DNA from: an uncultured archaeon
GTDB taxonomy: Archaea; Iainarchaeota; Iainarchaeia; Iainarchaeales; JAAZKV01
DNA length: 61,589 bases
NCBI GenBank assembly: GCA_964619405.1
Contig: CAZUCF010000005.1
Coordinates: forward strand, 1 to 61,589
Direction of reading: 5' to 3'
The notes beneath the pieces were generated by a model. It was not told the DNA's origin and did no database searches. It saw nothing but the letters and a program-made list of their open reading frames with translations. The translations under genes were made by a program, and so were the position numbers. Positions 20,667-30,016 of this stretch are shown here, in pieces. The number at the start of each line of letters is the position of its first letter. Within the stretch, counting starts at the first letter, position 1.

Positions 20667-20801
20667 TGCAGGGGAGCGGATTCGAACCGCTGAAGACACT
20701 AAGTCACAGGATATCCAAAATTATTTCTTTTACTGAATGTTTTCTTTTTAAAAGAAAAAATTCCTTAAGTCCTGCCCCTTTGACCGCTCGGGAACCCCTG
20801 C
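20667..20801 (-). tRNA. tRNA-Leu (anticodon UAA) with 51-nt intron at position 37/38 (intron 20713-20763); CCA not encoded
   Basis: Acceptor GCAGGGG/CCCCTGC, D-loop GAGCGGTCAAA, anticodon stem CAGGA/TCCTG, long variable arm, T-loop TTCGAAT; the intron forms a long hairpin next to a bulge-helix-bulge. Confidence 0.93.
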
Positions 20802-20897
20802 AATCTGCCACAGCTAGTTGACAACTATTCGCTTACAACTGTGTCAGCCAGCAGGTTTTTTTTTAAAACCGGCAGCTTTTGTCGCTTTGCAACTTAA

Positions 20898-21647
20898 TTA
20901 TAATTTTTTTATTTCTTTTGAAAGTTCTTCTAATTTTTCGTTTAAAACTTCCAAAGCCTTTTTTATTATTTCTTCTCTTGTTAATTGTCCTGTTGTTTCG
21001 ATTGTTAAAACAAATTCATCATTACTATAAATTATTTCTACACCAAATTTTTCTAGAATGTTTACTGGTTGATCATGTAATTTTATGTTGTATGGGTCCA
21101 ATAAAAATAATTTTCCTGCTTTTGATTCAACGCTTCCTTCTGGAACACTCTTCATTAACTCGGTAATATTTTTGTGTGTTTTGTTGTTATCAATACTTGG
21201 TAATTCATTATATGATATTATTGCCGGTTGGTGTTTCACATGTTCTAAACCTGTTTTCATTATTGCACTCATTTCTAATCGTAATTTTTTTTCAGGACCT
21301 AATTTTGTCAAATAAATTTTTTTATCAATGATTTCTATTTTTGGGTCAGTGCATTTTATGTCTTTGCTTGTTACTATTCCTGGTCCTTCTTTTTCAAGAA
21401 TTAATTTTACGCTTTCTCCTTCTTTATAATTTTTTAAATCCGTTTTTATTGGTAATAATCCTAACCTGTTTGCAAGCATTTCATCAAATATTGGTGAATC
21501 ATTTTCATAAAACGTTACTTCGTCAATTGCTAAACAAGGAATTTTTGACATTATTGTTCGTCTTAATGAATTCATAAATGCTGTGTTAGTATCTTTAACT
21601 AAGTATTTTGTAACATTTCCTTCTTCAAAAACTTTTTTTATATCCAT
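20898..21647 (-). CDS. rpoD: RNA polymerase subunit Rpo3 (D)
   Basis: AFMNSLRRTIMS.IP.LAIDEV.FYENDSP.FDE.LA.RLGLLP; ATG 21647 after the rps11 stop. Confidence 0.95.
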   Translation of the reverse strand: MDIKKVFEEGNVTKYLVKDTNTAFMNSLRRTIMSKIPCLAIDEVTFYENDSPIFDEMLANRLGLLPIKTDLKNYKEGESVKLILEKEGPGIVTSKDIKCTDPKIEIIDKKIYLTKLGPEKKLRLEMSAIMKTGLEHVKHQPAIISYNELPSIDNNKTHKNITELMKSVPEGSVESKAGKLFLLDPYNIKLHDQPVNILEKFGVEIIYSNDEFVLTIETTGQLTREEIIKKALEVLNEKLEELSKEIKKL

Positions 21648-21651
21648 AAAA

Positions 21652-22041
21652 TCACTTTTGTATTTTTCCTCTAAACTTTTTCTTTTTTCTACAACCATCG
21701 TGTGGTTGTGGTGTCACATTTTCTATTGAAATAATTCTTAAACCATTTCTTGTTAGCGAGCGAATTGCGGCTTCTGCTCCTGAACCAGCTGATGAACTTT
21801 TATTCCCACCATGGCCTCTTACTTTAACAAATACTTCTGTTATGCTTTTGTCTCTTGCAGAATTTGAAATATTTTCAGCAAGTTTCATTGCAACGTATGG
21901 TGAGCCTTCTTTGTGTTGTGCTTTTGTTTCCATCCCGCCACTAGCTTTTGCTATTGTTTCTGAACCAGTTAAATCCGTTAACAACATTATTGTGTTGTTG
22001 TGTGTTGCATAAATATGTATTATTCCTTTATTATCAGCCAT
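21652..22041 (-). CDS. rps11: 30S ribosomal protein S11
   Basis: HIYATHNNT, SGGM, SPYVAM, ENVTPQPHDG. Confidence 0.97.
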   Translation of the reverse strand: MADNKGIIHIYATHNNTIMLLTDLTGSETIAKASGGMETKAQHKEGSPYVAMKLAENISNSARDKSITEVFVKVRGHGGNKSSSAGSGAEAAIRSLTRNGLRIISIENVTPQPHDGCRKKKKFRGKIQK

Positions 22042-22706
22042 TATTTACTCACCTTTTGTGTGTTATCATTTTTTATTTCTTTTTCAGTATTTGTTTCTTT
22101 TATTTTATTTTCAGTTTTTTCATCAATTGTTTTTTTCACTTCTTCTTCTCTTGATTCTTCAAATTTTTCTCTTAAATTATCCTTGTTTTTTGTTGCTTCT
22201 ATTTTCAAATGTTTTTTACTTTCAATTTGCATTTCTTTTCCATAATATGCTATGCTTTTTTCTTCTTCTGCGTTAACAAGATAACTTGGGATATTTACTT
22301 TGTTTCCTTTTATTGCTATGTGTCCGTGTGTAATGAATTGTCTTGCTTGTTTTGTTGTGTTTGCTAATCCTTTTCTCCAAACAATTGTTTGTAATCTTCT
22401 TTCAAGTAATGCTTCTGGAGTCAATGTTAATACATCATCAAGAGCTGGTTTATCATTTAATATGCCTATTTTTTTTAATGAATCAAGTAATTCTTTTTCT
22501 TTTTTTAATCTTTTCTCAAGATCTAATGCTAATAATTTTCTTGCAGTAGCTCTTTTTGCTCTTATTATTGATTCTGCTCTATAAAATTCTTTTTTATTTT
22601 TTAAACCATAACTCTCTTTAATTGTTTTTTCTTTCATCATTCTTTCTTTTTGGAATGATTTTCTTGGTTTAGAATACTTTTTTTTCCCTTTTTTTGGATC
22701 GCCCAT
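22041..22706 (-). CDS. rps4: 30S ribosomal protein S4 with K/E-rich C-terminal extension
   Basis: [34 protein letters not shown]. Confidence 0.97.
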   Translation of the reverse strand: MGDPKKGKKKYSKPRKSFQKERMMKEKTIKESYGLKNKKEFYRAESIIRAKRATARKLLALDLEKRLKKEKELLDSLKKIGILNDKPALDDVLTLTPEALLERRLQTIVWRKGLANTTKQARQFITHGHIAIKGNKVNIPSYLVNAEEEKSIAYYGKEMQIESKKHLKIEATKNKDNLREKFEESREEEVKKTIDEKTENKIKETNTEKEIKNDNTQKVSK

Positions 22707-22716
22707 TTCACATCAC

Positions 22717-23196
22717 TTATTTTTTTGCTGGAGTGTTCTCTTTTTTAGATACTCCTATAACCTTTCCTTTACCTTTTCCACGATGTTTGCTTCTTGTTTT
22801 TTGTCCTCTTGTTGTTAGACCCCACATGTGCCTTAATCCTCTGTATGATTTTGTTTCAGCCATTCTTTGGAAATCATTTCTTATTTGGAAGTCCAAATCA
22901 TTCATCGTTAAATGTTTATTTTCACCAGTTTCATAATCTTTTTGTCTGTTTAATACCCATGTTGGTATATCTGATTTGTCTAAAGTTTGAACAATTTTTT
23001 CTAATTCTTTTACTTGTTCATTTTTTAAGTCACCAAGTTTTGTTTCTTGTGCCAAATTATTTTCAACACAAAATTTTGTTGAAATTATTTTTCCCATTCT
23101 ATGGCTTATTCCTTTTATTCGCATTAAACTCTCATTAATGTTTTTTGTACCATCAAGGTCTTTTCCAATTATTCTTACAATTAAATTTTCTACCAT
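22717..23196 (-). CDS. rps13: 30S ribosomal protein S13
   Basis: VRIIG.DLDG, W.LNRQKD.ETG, SYRGLRH..GL..RGQKT. Confidence 0.97.
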   Translation of the reverse strand: MVENLIVRIIGKDLDGTKNINESLMRIKGISHRMGKIISTKFCVENNLAQETKLGDLKNEQVKELEKIVQTLDKSDIPTWVLNRQKDYETGENKHLTMNDLDFQIRNDFQRMAETKSYRGLRHMWGLTTRGQKTRSKHRGKGKGKVIGVSKKENTPAKK

Positions 23197-23200
23197 TTTA

Positions 23201-23416
23201 TCACTTCTTTATTAATTTTAATATTTCATCGTGTTTAGCATCTTTACTGATTTTTATTTTTTGTTTTAATGGGAACAAATGCATTACATTGCATTGTCTT
23301 CTTTTTACTTTTTCTCCGTCAATGAGTACTTTTCCTTCTTTTATTTCTGAAAGTACTACTATTTTCCTTCCAGCTTCTCTTCCCCTTGTTTTTATGCAAA
23401 CTTGTCCTATTTCCAT
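23201..23416 (-). CDS. rpl14e: 50S ribosomal protein L14e
   Basis: IGQVCIKTRGREAGRK.VV...LIDG..VKRR.CN..HL.P. Confidence 0.92.
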   Translation of the reverse strand: MEIGQVCIKTRGREAGRKIVVLSEIKEGKVLIDGEKVKRRQCNVMHLFPLKQKIKISKDAKHDEILKLIKK

Positions 23417-23418
23417 TT

Positions 23419-23745
23419 TTATTCAGCCCTTTTCAATGCTTGTTTAACAAATTTTTTATACTTTTCATCAACATCATCAATGCCTTTTATTCCTACAACA
23501 ACTTTTCCAACTTCAATGAACACTTGTTCTCTTGCTTTTGTGTTTAATATTCCTCCAAAAGGAACGCTTGGTCTTTTTTGTGTTTTACTTTCTTTGCTTG
23601 ATCCCTTGTTTGATGTTCCCAATAATTTTTTTCCAGTTATTGCACAATTCTTTTTTTGTTTTATGTCTCTAAAATAAAATTTTTTGGTTTTTGACGGCGT
23701 CTTTACTGATTTTCTTTTCATTGTTCTTTTTCCTGTTTCAACCAT
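23419..23745 (-). CDS. rpl34e: 50S ribosomal protein L34e (divergent)
   Basis: VKTPS, CAITGKKLLG, SKTQKRPSVPFGG.L; conserved position. Confidence 0.8.
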   Translation of the reverse strand: MVETGKRTMKRKSVKTPSKTKKFYFRDIKQKKNCAITGKKLLGTSNKGSSKESKTQKRPSVPFGGILNTKAREQVFIEVGKVVVGIKGIDDVDEKYKKFVKQALKRAE

Positions 23746-23750
23746 TTAAA

Positions 23751-24257
23751 TCACTTTTTTATTTTTTTATCATAAACTTTTTCAATAATTGTAATTATTA
23801 TTGTTGAGATAAGGTAGTAAAAGAAATATGCTTTGTAATAACCTGTTGTGTTTGTTACTCCAATTGGTATCCATGATATTGGATTCAACAAACCAAAACC
23901 ATCAAATTTTGGTAATGGAATAATTGATTCAAAGCTTGTTCCACCATAAAAAAAACCTAGTCCTGCAAATGCAATTAAAAATATAGGCAAGGATACTAAC
24001 ATCACTTTGTTTGACATTTGTAACATTTTGCCTTGTATTGCAAATAATTCTTTTTGCATTTTTGCGGCTTTTTCTTGGTTTCCTTCTTTTAATGCCTCCT
24101 TAACCTTAATATTAATCTTTTTTATTTCATCTTTGTATTCTTTCATTAAATCTTTGTTAATAAATTTTCTTTGCAATATTTTTGAAACTATTGCTAATAC
24201 AACGCATAAAACCAGTATCATTAATGCTGGTATCATGTCTGGTTGTATTGTACTCAA
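23751..24257 (-). CDS. DUF106 / EMC3-TMCO1 (Oxa1 superfamily) membrane protein
   Basis: TM, coiled-coil, TM architecture; position after secY; TTG start at 24257 with GGTGA RBS. Confidence 0.82.
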   Translation of the reverse strand: MSTIQPDMIPALMILVLCVVLAIVSKILQRKFINKDLMKEYKDEIKKINIKVKEALKEGNQEKAAKMQKELFAIQGKMLQMSNKVMLVSLPIFLIAFAGLGFFYGGTSFESIIPLPKFDGFGLLNPISWIPIGVTNTTGYYKAYFFYYLISTIIITIIEKVYDKKIKK

Positions 24258-24290
24258 TTGCTCACCAATAAATATTTTTTTGATGGGAAT

Positions 24291-24310
24291 GTTATATAAA
24301 GCTTCTCTCC
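24291..24310 (-). promoter_or_regulatory. BRE/TATA promoter for the DUF106 gene
   Basis: Minus strand GAGAGAAGC-TTTATATAAC about 35 bp upstream of the TTG. Confidence 0.5.
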
Positions 24311-24404
24311 AAATATTTCCCATTTTTATTTGGTTTGAAGGCTTGCCCAAAGTTGGCAAGCCACTCTTTTCAGAGCGCCCTTTTACTCAATTTTTGAGTA
24401 TTAA

Positions 24405-25751
24405 TTATAATTTTCCTAATAATGGTGCAAGCAAATCTGCTTGGCTCTTTGCTATTTCTTCGTAGAATCTATAAACAATTCCAACTGTTAACAATATTCC
24501 TGTTCCTGATGATATCCCTGATAATACTAAATCCCCGCCACCGGCTAATAGTGCAACAAATATTGAACCCAATATAGTTATTGGTGGTATGTAGCGTTTT
24601 AAAACTTTTTCTATTACTCTTTTATCTTTTCTGAATCCTGGAATTTGCATTCCTGATCTTTCTAATTGTGCTGCAACCGCGCTAGTACTCTGGTTACCCA
24701 TTTCAACCCAAAACCAACCAAATATAATACAGGATATTATTAATAATACCATAAAAATAATTGCTTGTATTATTGCAGGCATTGTTATTGAGTTTAGGCC
24801 ACCTTGTATAATTATTCCTTGTATTAGGCTTTGCCCGCCTATGTTTGGCATGTTGACTGCCCAACTCAACCATTGCATTATTTGCCCGATTATTGGAACA
24901 TTTTGTACGAACAAGCCCCATAACCTAACATTCATAAATAATGCCATTGCTAAAATTACTGGCATATTACTAACATACAAAAATTTTACTGGGTATCTGC
25001 CGCCTGTTCCCCTGTGCCCCATTGTGATTGGAATATTAACATGTATTCCTTCTGCAAAAACAACTATCAAAAATATTATTATTACTCCTATTAATGGTAA
25101 TAATATTAAAAAATCTCCGGTGTTAAAAAAATTCCATATTAGACCTTCTTGCACGGTTAAACCTATTGCTGGTCTAAATGTTTGCCAGAATATTGTTGCA
25201 CTTACTCCTGCTGCAATAAAAAGGCTTATTCCAGAGCCAATACCATACTTTGATAATAATTCATCTAGGTAAAGTAATATTAGAGAGCCAATTGCTATTT
25301 GTAATACTAATGGTATCAAAAAACCATCCATTGGAGCTAGTAATCCTGATCCAATAAAAATAAATCCTTCTACAAAACAAAGTATTACTGCAAGCACTTT
25401 TTGTAACGCTTGGAACTTTGACCTGCCTTCTCCTGTCCCCAAATCAATATTCAATAATTTTGCTCCAACAAATAATTGTAGAAAAATTGAGGCCATTACA
25501 ATAGGGCCTATTCCTGCTGTTAGTAATGTTCCAACATTACTTGCCAGAATTGTTTGCGCGAACATTATTTGTTGTACTGTTTCAGAATTAAAATTCATTC
25601 CAACAAGAGTTATTTGTCCAAGAATAAAAAATATTATTAATGATATTGCTGTCCAAATTAATTTTTGTTTGAACGGAACTTCTTTTACAGGTGCTTTTAT
25701 TTCAGGTAAAAATTGTGAAATTCTAACCAGTGAATCAATTATTGATACCAA
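24405..25751 (-). CDS. secY: Preprotein translocase SecY
   Basis: GTLLTAGIGPIVMASI.LQL, YGIGSGISLFIAAGV, YP.KF.YVSNMPVI, QIPGFR. Confidence 0.97.
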   Translation of the reverse strand: MVSIIDSLVRISQFLPEIKAPVKEVPFKQKLIWTAISLIIFFILGQITLVGMNFNSETVQQIMFAQTILASNVGTLLTAGIGPIVMASIFLQLFVGAKLLNIDLGTGEGRSKFQALQKVLAVILCFVEGFIFIGSGLLAPMDGFLIPLVLQIAIGSLILLYLDELLSKYGIGSGISLFIAAGVSATIFWQTFRPAIGLTVQEGLIWNFFNTGDFLILLPLIGVIIIFLIVVFAEGIHVNIPITMGHRGTGGRYPVKFLYVSNMPVILAMALFMNVRLWGLFVQNVPIIGQIMQWLSWAVNMPNIGGQSLIQGIIIQGGLNSITMPAIIQAIIFMVLLIISCIIFGWFWVEMGNQSTSAVAAQLERSGMQIPGFRKDKRVIEKVLKRYIPPITILGSIFVALLAGGGDLVLSGISSGTGILLTVGIVYRFYEEIAKSQADLLAPLLGKL

Positions 25752-25762
25752 AAAAACACCTT

Positions 25763-26203
25763 TTATTCTTCAAATTCTGTTTCTTTTCCATTCTCTATTC
25801 TTCCTTTCGCATCAATTATTTTTTGAACAGCTTTTTTTGAAGTACTTATTTTTACTATTAATTTTTTGTCAATTATTCCTTGGCTCAGAATTTTTTCATA
25901 ACCACTTTGCTTGTCTATTATATAAAAATCCTTTTCCATTTTTATTTTCTTTGCTTTAACTAATTTTCCAAGTTGATTATTTAAATCACCTAGTGAAATA
26001 CATTTTCCTTTTGTTCTTGGTTTTAGCCTACATTTTTTTAAATCTAATCTTCCTATTGAAGCAAATTTTCCTTTGTTTGCACCAGCTCTTCCTCTTCCAC
26101 CTCTCGAACCAGCACCCCTATTATTTTTTGTGTCACCCATTCCGTGCGTTCTTTCGCCCCTAACCTTATTCTTTTTTCTTCTTTTTCTTTCAGTCATAAT
26201 CAA
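25763..26203 (-). CDS. rpl15: 50S ribosomal protein L15
   Basis: RG.RTHG.G..KN.RGAGSRGGRGRAG, KILSQG. Confidence 0.95.
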   Translation of the reverse strand: MIMTERKRRKKNKVRGERTHGMGDTKNNRGAGSRGGRGRAGANKGKFASIGRLDLKKCRLKPRTKGKCISLGDLNNQLGKLVKAKKIKMEKDFYIIDKQSGYEKILSQGIIDKKLIVKISTSKKAVQKIIDAKGRIENGKETEFEE

Positions 26204-26218
26204 ATCACTTTTCTAATT

Positions 26219-26641
26219 TCAAATCATTCTCTCAATTAAATCATTAATTTTTTCGTTTCTATTGCCTAATGCCCCGCCCAAACTAAATGGTTTTTTTATT
26301 CCTTTCCTATCAAAACCTTTTCTTGGCGGGCTCAATCTAAATTGATTTCTAAGATTTAATTCTGATGGTTTCTTACCTTCTTTCAAACCACTTATTACCT
26401 TGCTTGTTTCTAATTTTCCTTCAATTGCTTTTCCTCTTTTCTCAATAATTTTTTTTAAAGTTTCATCATTAATTATTCCAAATGTTGCATGATTCTCAAC
26501 AACTTTTATCATTTTTAATGATTTTTGGTTTTCGGGCCAAACACTCATGCTGTTTACTCTGTCTAAACCTAACATATCAAATGTTTTTTTTATTTTTGGT
26601 TGTAAACTAATTTTTCCTCTTATTCTTATTACAGCATACAT
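26219..26641 (-). CDS. rpl30: 50S ribosomal protein L30 (uL30, archaeal long form)
   Basis: YAVIRIRG, FRLSPPRKGF...GGALG.R...IN.LI.RM. Confidence 0.95.
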   Translation of the reverse strand: MYAVIRIRGKISLQPKIKKTFDMLGLDRVNSMSVWPENQKSLKMIKVVENHATFGIINDETLKKIIEKRGKAIEGKLETSKVISGLKEGKKPSELNLRNQFRLSPPRKGFDRKGIKKPFSLGGALGNRNEKINDLIERMI

Positions 26642-26652
26642 TTTTGATTACC

Positions 26653-27378
26653 TCATTTACTTAATTTTTTTTCAATATCTTTTGTTTTCTTTATTTTTCC
26701 TGTTTGTGCAAGCGCGTCAACTGCTGCTCCAACAAAGTTTAATTTGTTTCCCGAGTTGCCTCTTGCTTTTCCCCAAACATTTTGGATTCCTGCTAACTCC
26801 ATTACTTTTCTAATATTTTGTCCTACATTTAATCCTGTTCCTTTTGGAGCAGGTTTCAAAGTAACACTAACACTTCCTGATTTTCCAGTTACTTTAAAAG
26901 GAATTGAGTGTTTGTCTGTTGTTGGTTGTTCTTCCCACGAACCGGATCCTCTATAAACTTTTTTCAAATTTAATCTTGCTTGTCTCTTTGCTTTTACTAT
27001 TGCTGGGAACCTGTCAGTGTCTTTTCCTATTCCGATTCCAACATAACCATCTCTGTTTCCTGTTAAAACAGTTACTCTAAAACTATATTTTCTTCCTGCT
27101 CTAACAACCCTTGTTGTTTTTGCTGTGTCTACTACTTCGTCTTCTAATTTTAATAATGAATCAGATATTTCGGGTTCTCTTATTTTGTAAGAATTATCAA
27201 ATACTTCGTCCATTGAAATTATTTGCCCTTTTTGAACTTTTTTTCCAAGCTCTGTTTTTGGAGTCCAATTTGAAAGTACTTTTTCTTTTTCAATTAATTC
27301 TTTTTCAACTTTTTCTGCTATGCTTTCAGCATCATCCTTTCTTTTTTTCTTTTTCTCAAAAGCTGGTTTTCTATTCAT
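26653..27378 (-). CDS. rps5: 30S ribosomal protein S5
   Basis: W.PKT.LGK.V, GR...FRV.V..GNRDGYVG.G.G, GSGSWE, LKPAPKGTGL. Confidence 0.97.
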   Translation of the reverse strand: MNRKPAFEKKKKRKDDAESIAEKVEKELIEKEKVLSNWTPKTELGKKVQKGQIISMDEVFDNSYKIREPEISDSLLKLEDEVVDTAKTTRVVRAGRKYSFRVTVLTGNRDGYVGIGIGKDTDRFPAIVKAKRQARLNLKKVYRGSGSWEEQPTTDKHSIPFKVTGKSGSVSVTLKPAPKGTGLNVGQNIRKVMELAGIQNVWGKARGNSGNKLNFVGAAVDALAQTGKIKKTKDIEKKLSK

Positions 27379-27920
27379 TCTTTCACCTTTAAAATATCTT
27401 CTTTTGCTTTTTCAAATTTTTTTGTTATATCTGTAATTCCTTTTTTCTCGTAATCTGAAAATTTTTCTTTATTTTCTTTAAAATATTTTTCAAGAATTGT
27501 TCCATTAATTCTTTCTTCTTTTGGTAAAGCTTCTTTTGAGTGAGGTATTTCTATTCCTGCATCAAGCAATCCTTTCAAGCAAGCAAATAATGTTCCGCCG
27601 TGACTTGGTTTCCTTCTACCAATATCAATTATTGCTTTTTTTTCACTCATTCTTTTTCCGAGTAATAATCCTGTTAAATATGATGATGGTGTATTATTGG
27701 TTCCATAAAAACCAAATTTTTCTAATTCGCTTGAATTTGCTTGTGCTATTGTTTCGTCTCCTTTTGGGTTAAATTTTACGGCTTGTGCAACTATTCTCTT
27801 ATTTGTTTTTCTAATAATTATCCTTGTTTTTTTAGATTTTATTAATGCTAATCTTTTAGTATAATTGGTTTTTCCTTTTTGTCTTCGCTTGAATTTTGTT
27901 TGGAATGTTTTGTCTTTCAT
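27375..27920 (-). CDS. rpl18: 50S ribosomal protein L18
   Basis: RR.KGKTNY.KR, N.PS.YLTG...G, G.EIPH. Confidence 0.95.
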   Translation of the reverse strand: MKDKTFQTKFKRRQKGKTNYTKRLALIKSKKTRIIIRKTNKRIVAQAVKFNPKGDETIAQANSSELEKFGFYGTNNTPSSYLTGLLLGKRMSEKKAIIDIGRRKPSHGGTLFACLKGLLDAGIEIPHSKEALPKEERINGTILEKYFKENKEKFSDYEKKGITDITKKFEKAKEDILKVKE

Positions 27921-28372
27921 TTTTTTTCACCTTCAACATAATCTATTAAGTATTTTTTTCCTTTAAAATATCCGCCCTTTATTTTTCTGTATAAATTTGA
28001 ATAACCTATTTCTTCGACTTCTTTTGTTTTTTCTTTTCTTAATTCTCTTAGGGTTCTTCTTTGTGCTCTTACTTTATTCATCCATGTTTTCTTTTTTTCA
28101 ATTCGTGCTTTTTTTGTTCCTTTTCTCTTTCCTTTTCCACTTTTTCTTCCTTTTCTTTTTTGTTCTTTTAGAGCTCTTGCTCTTCCCTTGCTTTGCTGGT
28201 TATCTTGTTTCTTTTTTATTGCTCTGTCAGCAATTAATCCTCGTAAATCATCTTTTGTCATTGCTTCTCTAACTTTTGTTTCAGTTTTTGGATCAATGTA
28301 AATTCTTCCTACTCCAACCTTCATTATTTTTGCTGATAATTCTTTTGCTTTTCTTAATTCCATAATATTCAC
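27917..28372 (-). CDS. rpl19e: 50S ribosomal protein L19e
   Basis: VG..RI.ID, G.G.RKG...AR...K..WM.KVRAQR. Confidence 0.95.
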   Translation of the reverse strand: MNIMELRKAKELSAKIMKVGVGRIYIDPKTETKVREAMTKDDLRGLIADRAIKKKQDNQQSKGRARALKEQKRKGRKSGKGKRKGTKKARIEKKKTWMNKVRAQRRTLRELRKEKTKEVEEIGYSNLYRKIKGGYFKGKKYLIDYVEGEKK

Positions 28373-28373
28373 C

Positions 28374-29027
28374 TTAGTTTAGAATCCAAATTCCTTTTTT
28401 GTTTGCGTTTTTTATTATTTCATTTCTTTTTCTTTTTCCAACAGTTGAACCTATCCTTATAGCATTTTCTTTTACATTTACTTTTTCTAAATCTTTAACA
28501 TTTTCAACTCTTATTTCTTTGTAACCAGAAGGGTGAATATCTCTTATTTCTTTTTTGCTTCTATAACCTATTTTTGGTCTGAAACCATGTTGTAATCCTC
28601 TGTCTAAATCAATTGACCTTGGTTTTCTCCATTTTTGCCATTTTTTATTACTTTTTCTTCTAATATTTTTTTTACCAAATCTTCCTCTAAATGTTGGGTG
28701 CTTTTTTTTGTCCTCAATTATTTTTTGGTTTTCTTTTGCTTCACTACTTTTATTTTTGTTAACCTTTTTTTCTTTTTTAATAAAAATTTTTTTAACTTCT
28801 TTTTCTGTTTTTGATTCTTTTTTATCATTTTTTTCAATCTCTTTGTTAGTAATTTCTTTTTTTACTTCTTTTTTTTCAACTGTTTTGCTAGCAATTTCAG
28901 TTTTATTTTTTGTTTCAATTACTGGTTCTTTTTCAATATTTTTTTTTGTAACAACTGTTTTTTTTGTTTTATGCTCTTTTTTTGCAACCGTTTTAACTTT
29001 TTTTGTTTTTTCTGTCATTTTACTCAC
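28374..29027 (-). CDS. rpl32e: 50S ribosomal protein L32e with about 100-aa K/E-rich N-terminal extension
   Basis: P.FR, KWRKPR, P.IGYRS.K.IR..HPSGY.E..V.N, I.STVG.RKR..I. Confidence 0.92.
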   Translation of the reverse strand: MSKMTEKTKKVKTVAKKEHKTKKTVVTKKNIEKEPVIETKNKTEIASKTVEKKEVKKEITNKEIEKNDKKESKTEKEVKKIFIKKEKKVNKNKSSEAKENQKIIEDKKKHPTFRGRFGKKNIRRKSNKKWQKWRKPRSIDLDRGLQHGFRPKIGYRSKKEIRDIHPSGYKEIRVENVKDLEKVNVKENAIRIGSTVGKRKRNEIIKNANKKGIWILN

Positions 29028-29607
29028 GTCCTTGTATTACCTGAAAATGAAAATCTTCAGGAATTTCTTCAATATTTCCTTTTTTAACTAAATAAATACC
29101 ATCAGTAAATCTTCTAATATCTTTTTTCTGAACTTTTGTTGCTAGTCTAATGTTTGCTGAAGTTTGACTAACTTCTTCCAAATTATTTCCTGTTATTGTT
29201 ATGTCTTGTCCTTTTATCTCAATTTTTGTTTGCCCAACTACTTTTGCTTCTCTTGGGTGTTTTTCTCCTATAAAATTTTTTATAAAAACAATATTATTTT
29301 TTAATTCAGCAGTCATTGGAAAGTGTGAATAAGAAATTTTCATTTCATATTTGTAACCAAACTTTAAACCATAAACCAAATTTTCTATGTGGGAAATTAC
29401 AGTATTCAATAATGCACTTGTTTGCTTGTTTGATGGTTTACCTATAATAATAATTGAGTTACCATTTTTTTCAAGTCTTAACCTGTGGCTCTCAAAGTTC
29501 TTGGTTATCTCGCCTTTTTCAGTTTTTACTGTTACTTTGTGGCCTTCAGCACTAATAGTAATTCCTTCGGGAACTTTCAGAGTTTTTATTATTTCTTCTT
29601 CAACCAT
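29020..29607 (-). CDS. rpl6: 50S ribosomal protein L6
   Basis: YSHFPM, KNFIGEK.PR, KD.RRF.DGIY. Confidence 0.97.
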   Translation of the reverse strand: MVEEEIIKTLKVPEGITISAEGHKVTVKTEKGEITKNFESHRLRLEKNGNSIIIIGKPSNKQTSALLNTVISHIENLVYGLKFGYKYEMKISYSHFPMTAELKNNIVFIKNFIGEKHPREAKVVGQTKIEIKGQDITITGNNLEEVSQTSANIRLATKVQKKDIRRFTDGIYLVKKGNIEEIPEDFHFQVIQGRE

Positions 29608-29615
29608 TTTTTCAC

Positions 29616-30008
29616 CTAATAAATAAATGCTATTAGTCTTCCGCCTAATCCTTTTTCTTTTGCTTGTGTGTGAGACATTATTCCTTTGGGTGTTGAAACT
29701 ATTAATATTCCAACATCTCTTGCGGGCAAATATCTTTTTTCATATTTTTCAAAACCGCTTTTTTTAACAGCATATCTTGGTTTTATTCCTTTGCAAGTAT
29801 TAATTTTTCCATTTAATTTTACTATGACTGAGATTATTCCTTTGTCTTCTTCTAATTTATATTCGCTTATATAATCATTTTCTTTTGCAACTCTTAATAG
29901 TTCTCCCAAAAATTTTGATGCTGGTTTTATGTGGCATTCGCTTTTCGAAATTGCCTCAGCATTCCTTATTTTGGTTAACGCATCTGTTATTGGATCATTC
30001 ATACTCAT
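29616..30008 (-). CDS. rps8: 30S ribosomal protein S8
   Basis: DP..DAL..I.NAE, IKPR, EKRYLPARDVG.LIVST.KG.M.H..AK..G.GGRL. Confidence 0.97.
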   Translation of the reverse strand: MSMNDPITDALTKIRNAEAISKSECHIKPASKFLGELLRVAKENDYISEYKLEEDKGIISVIVKLNGKINTCKGIKPRYAVKKSGFEKYEKRYLPARDVGILIVSTPKGIMSHTQAKEKGLGGRLIAFIY

Positions 30009-30016
30009 TTTAACAC

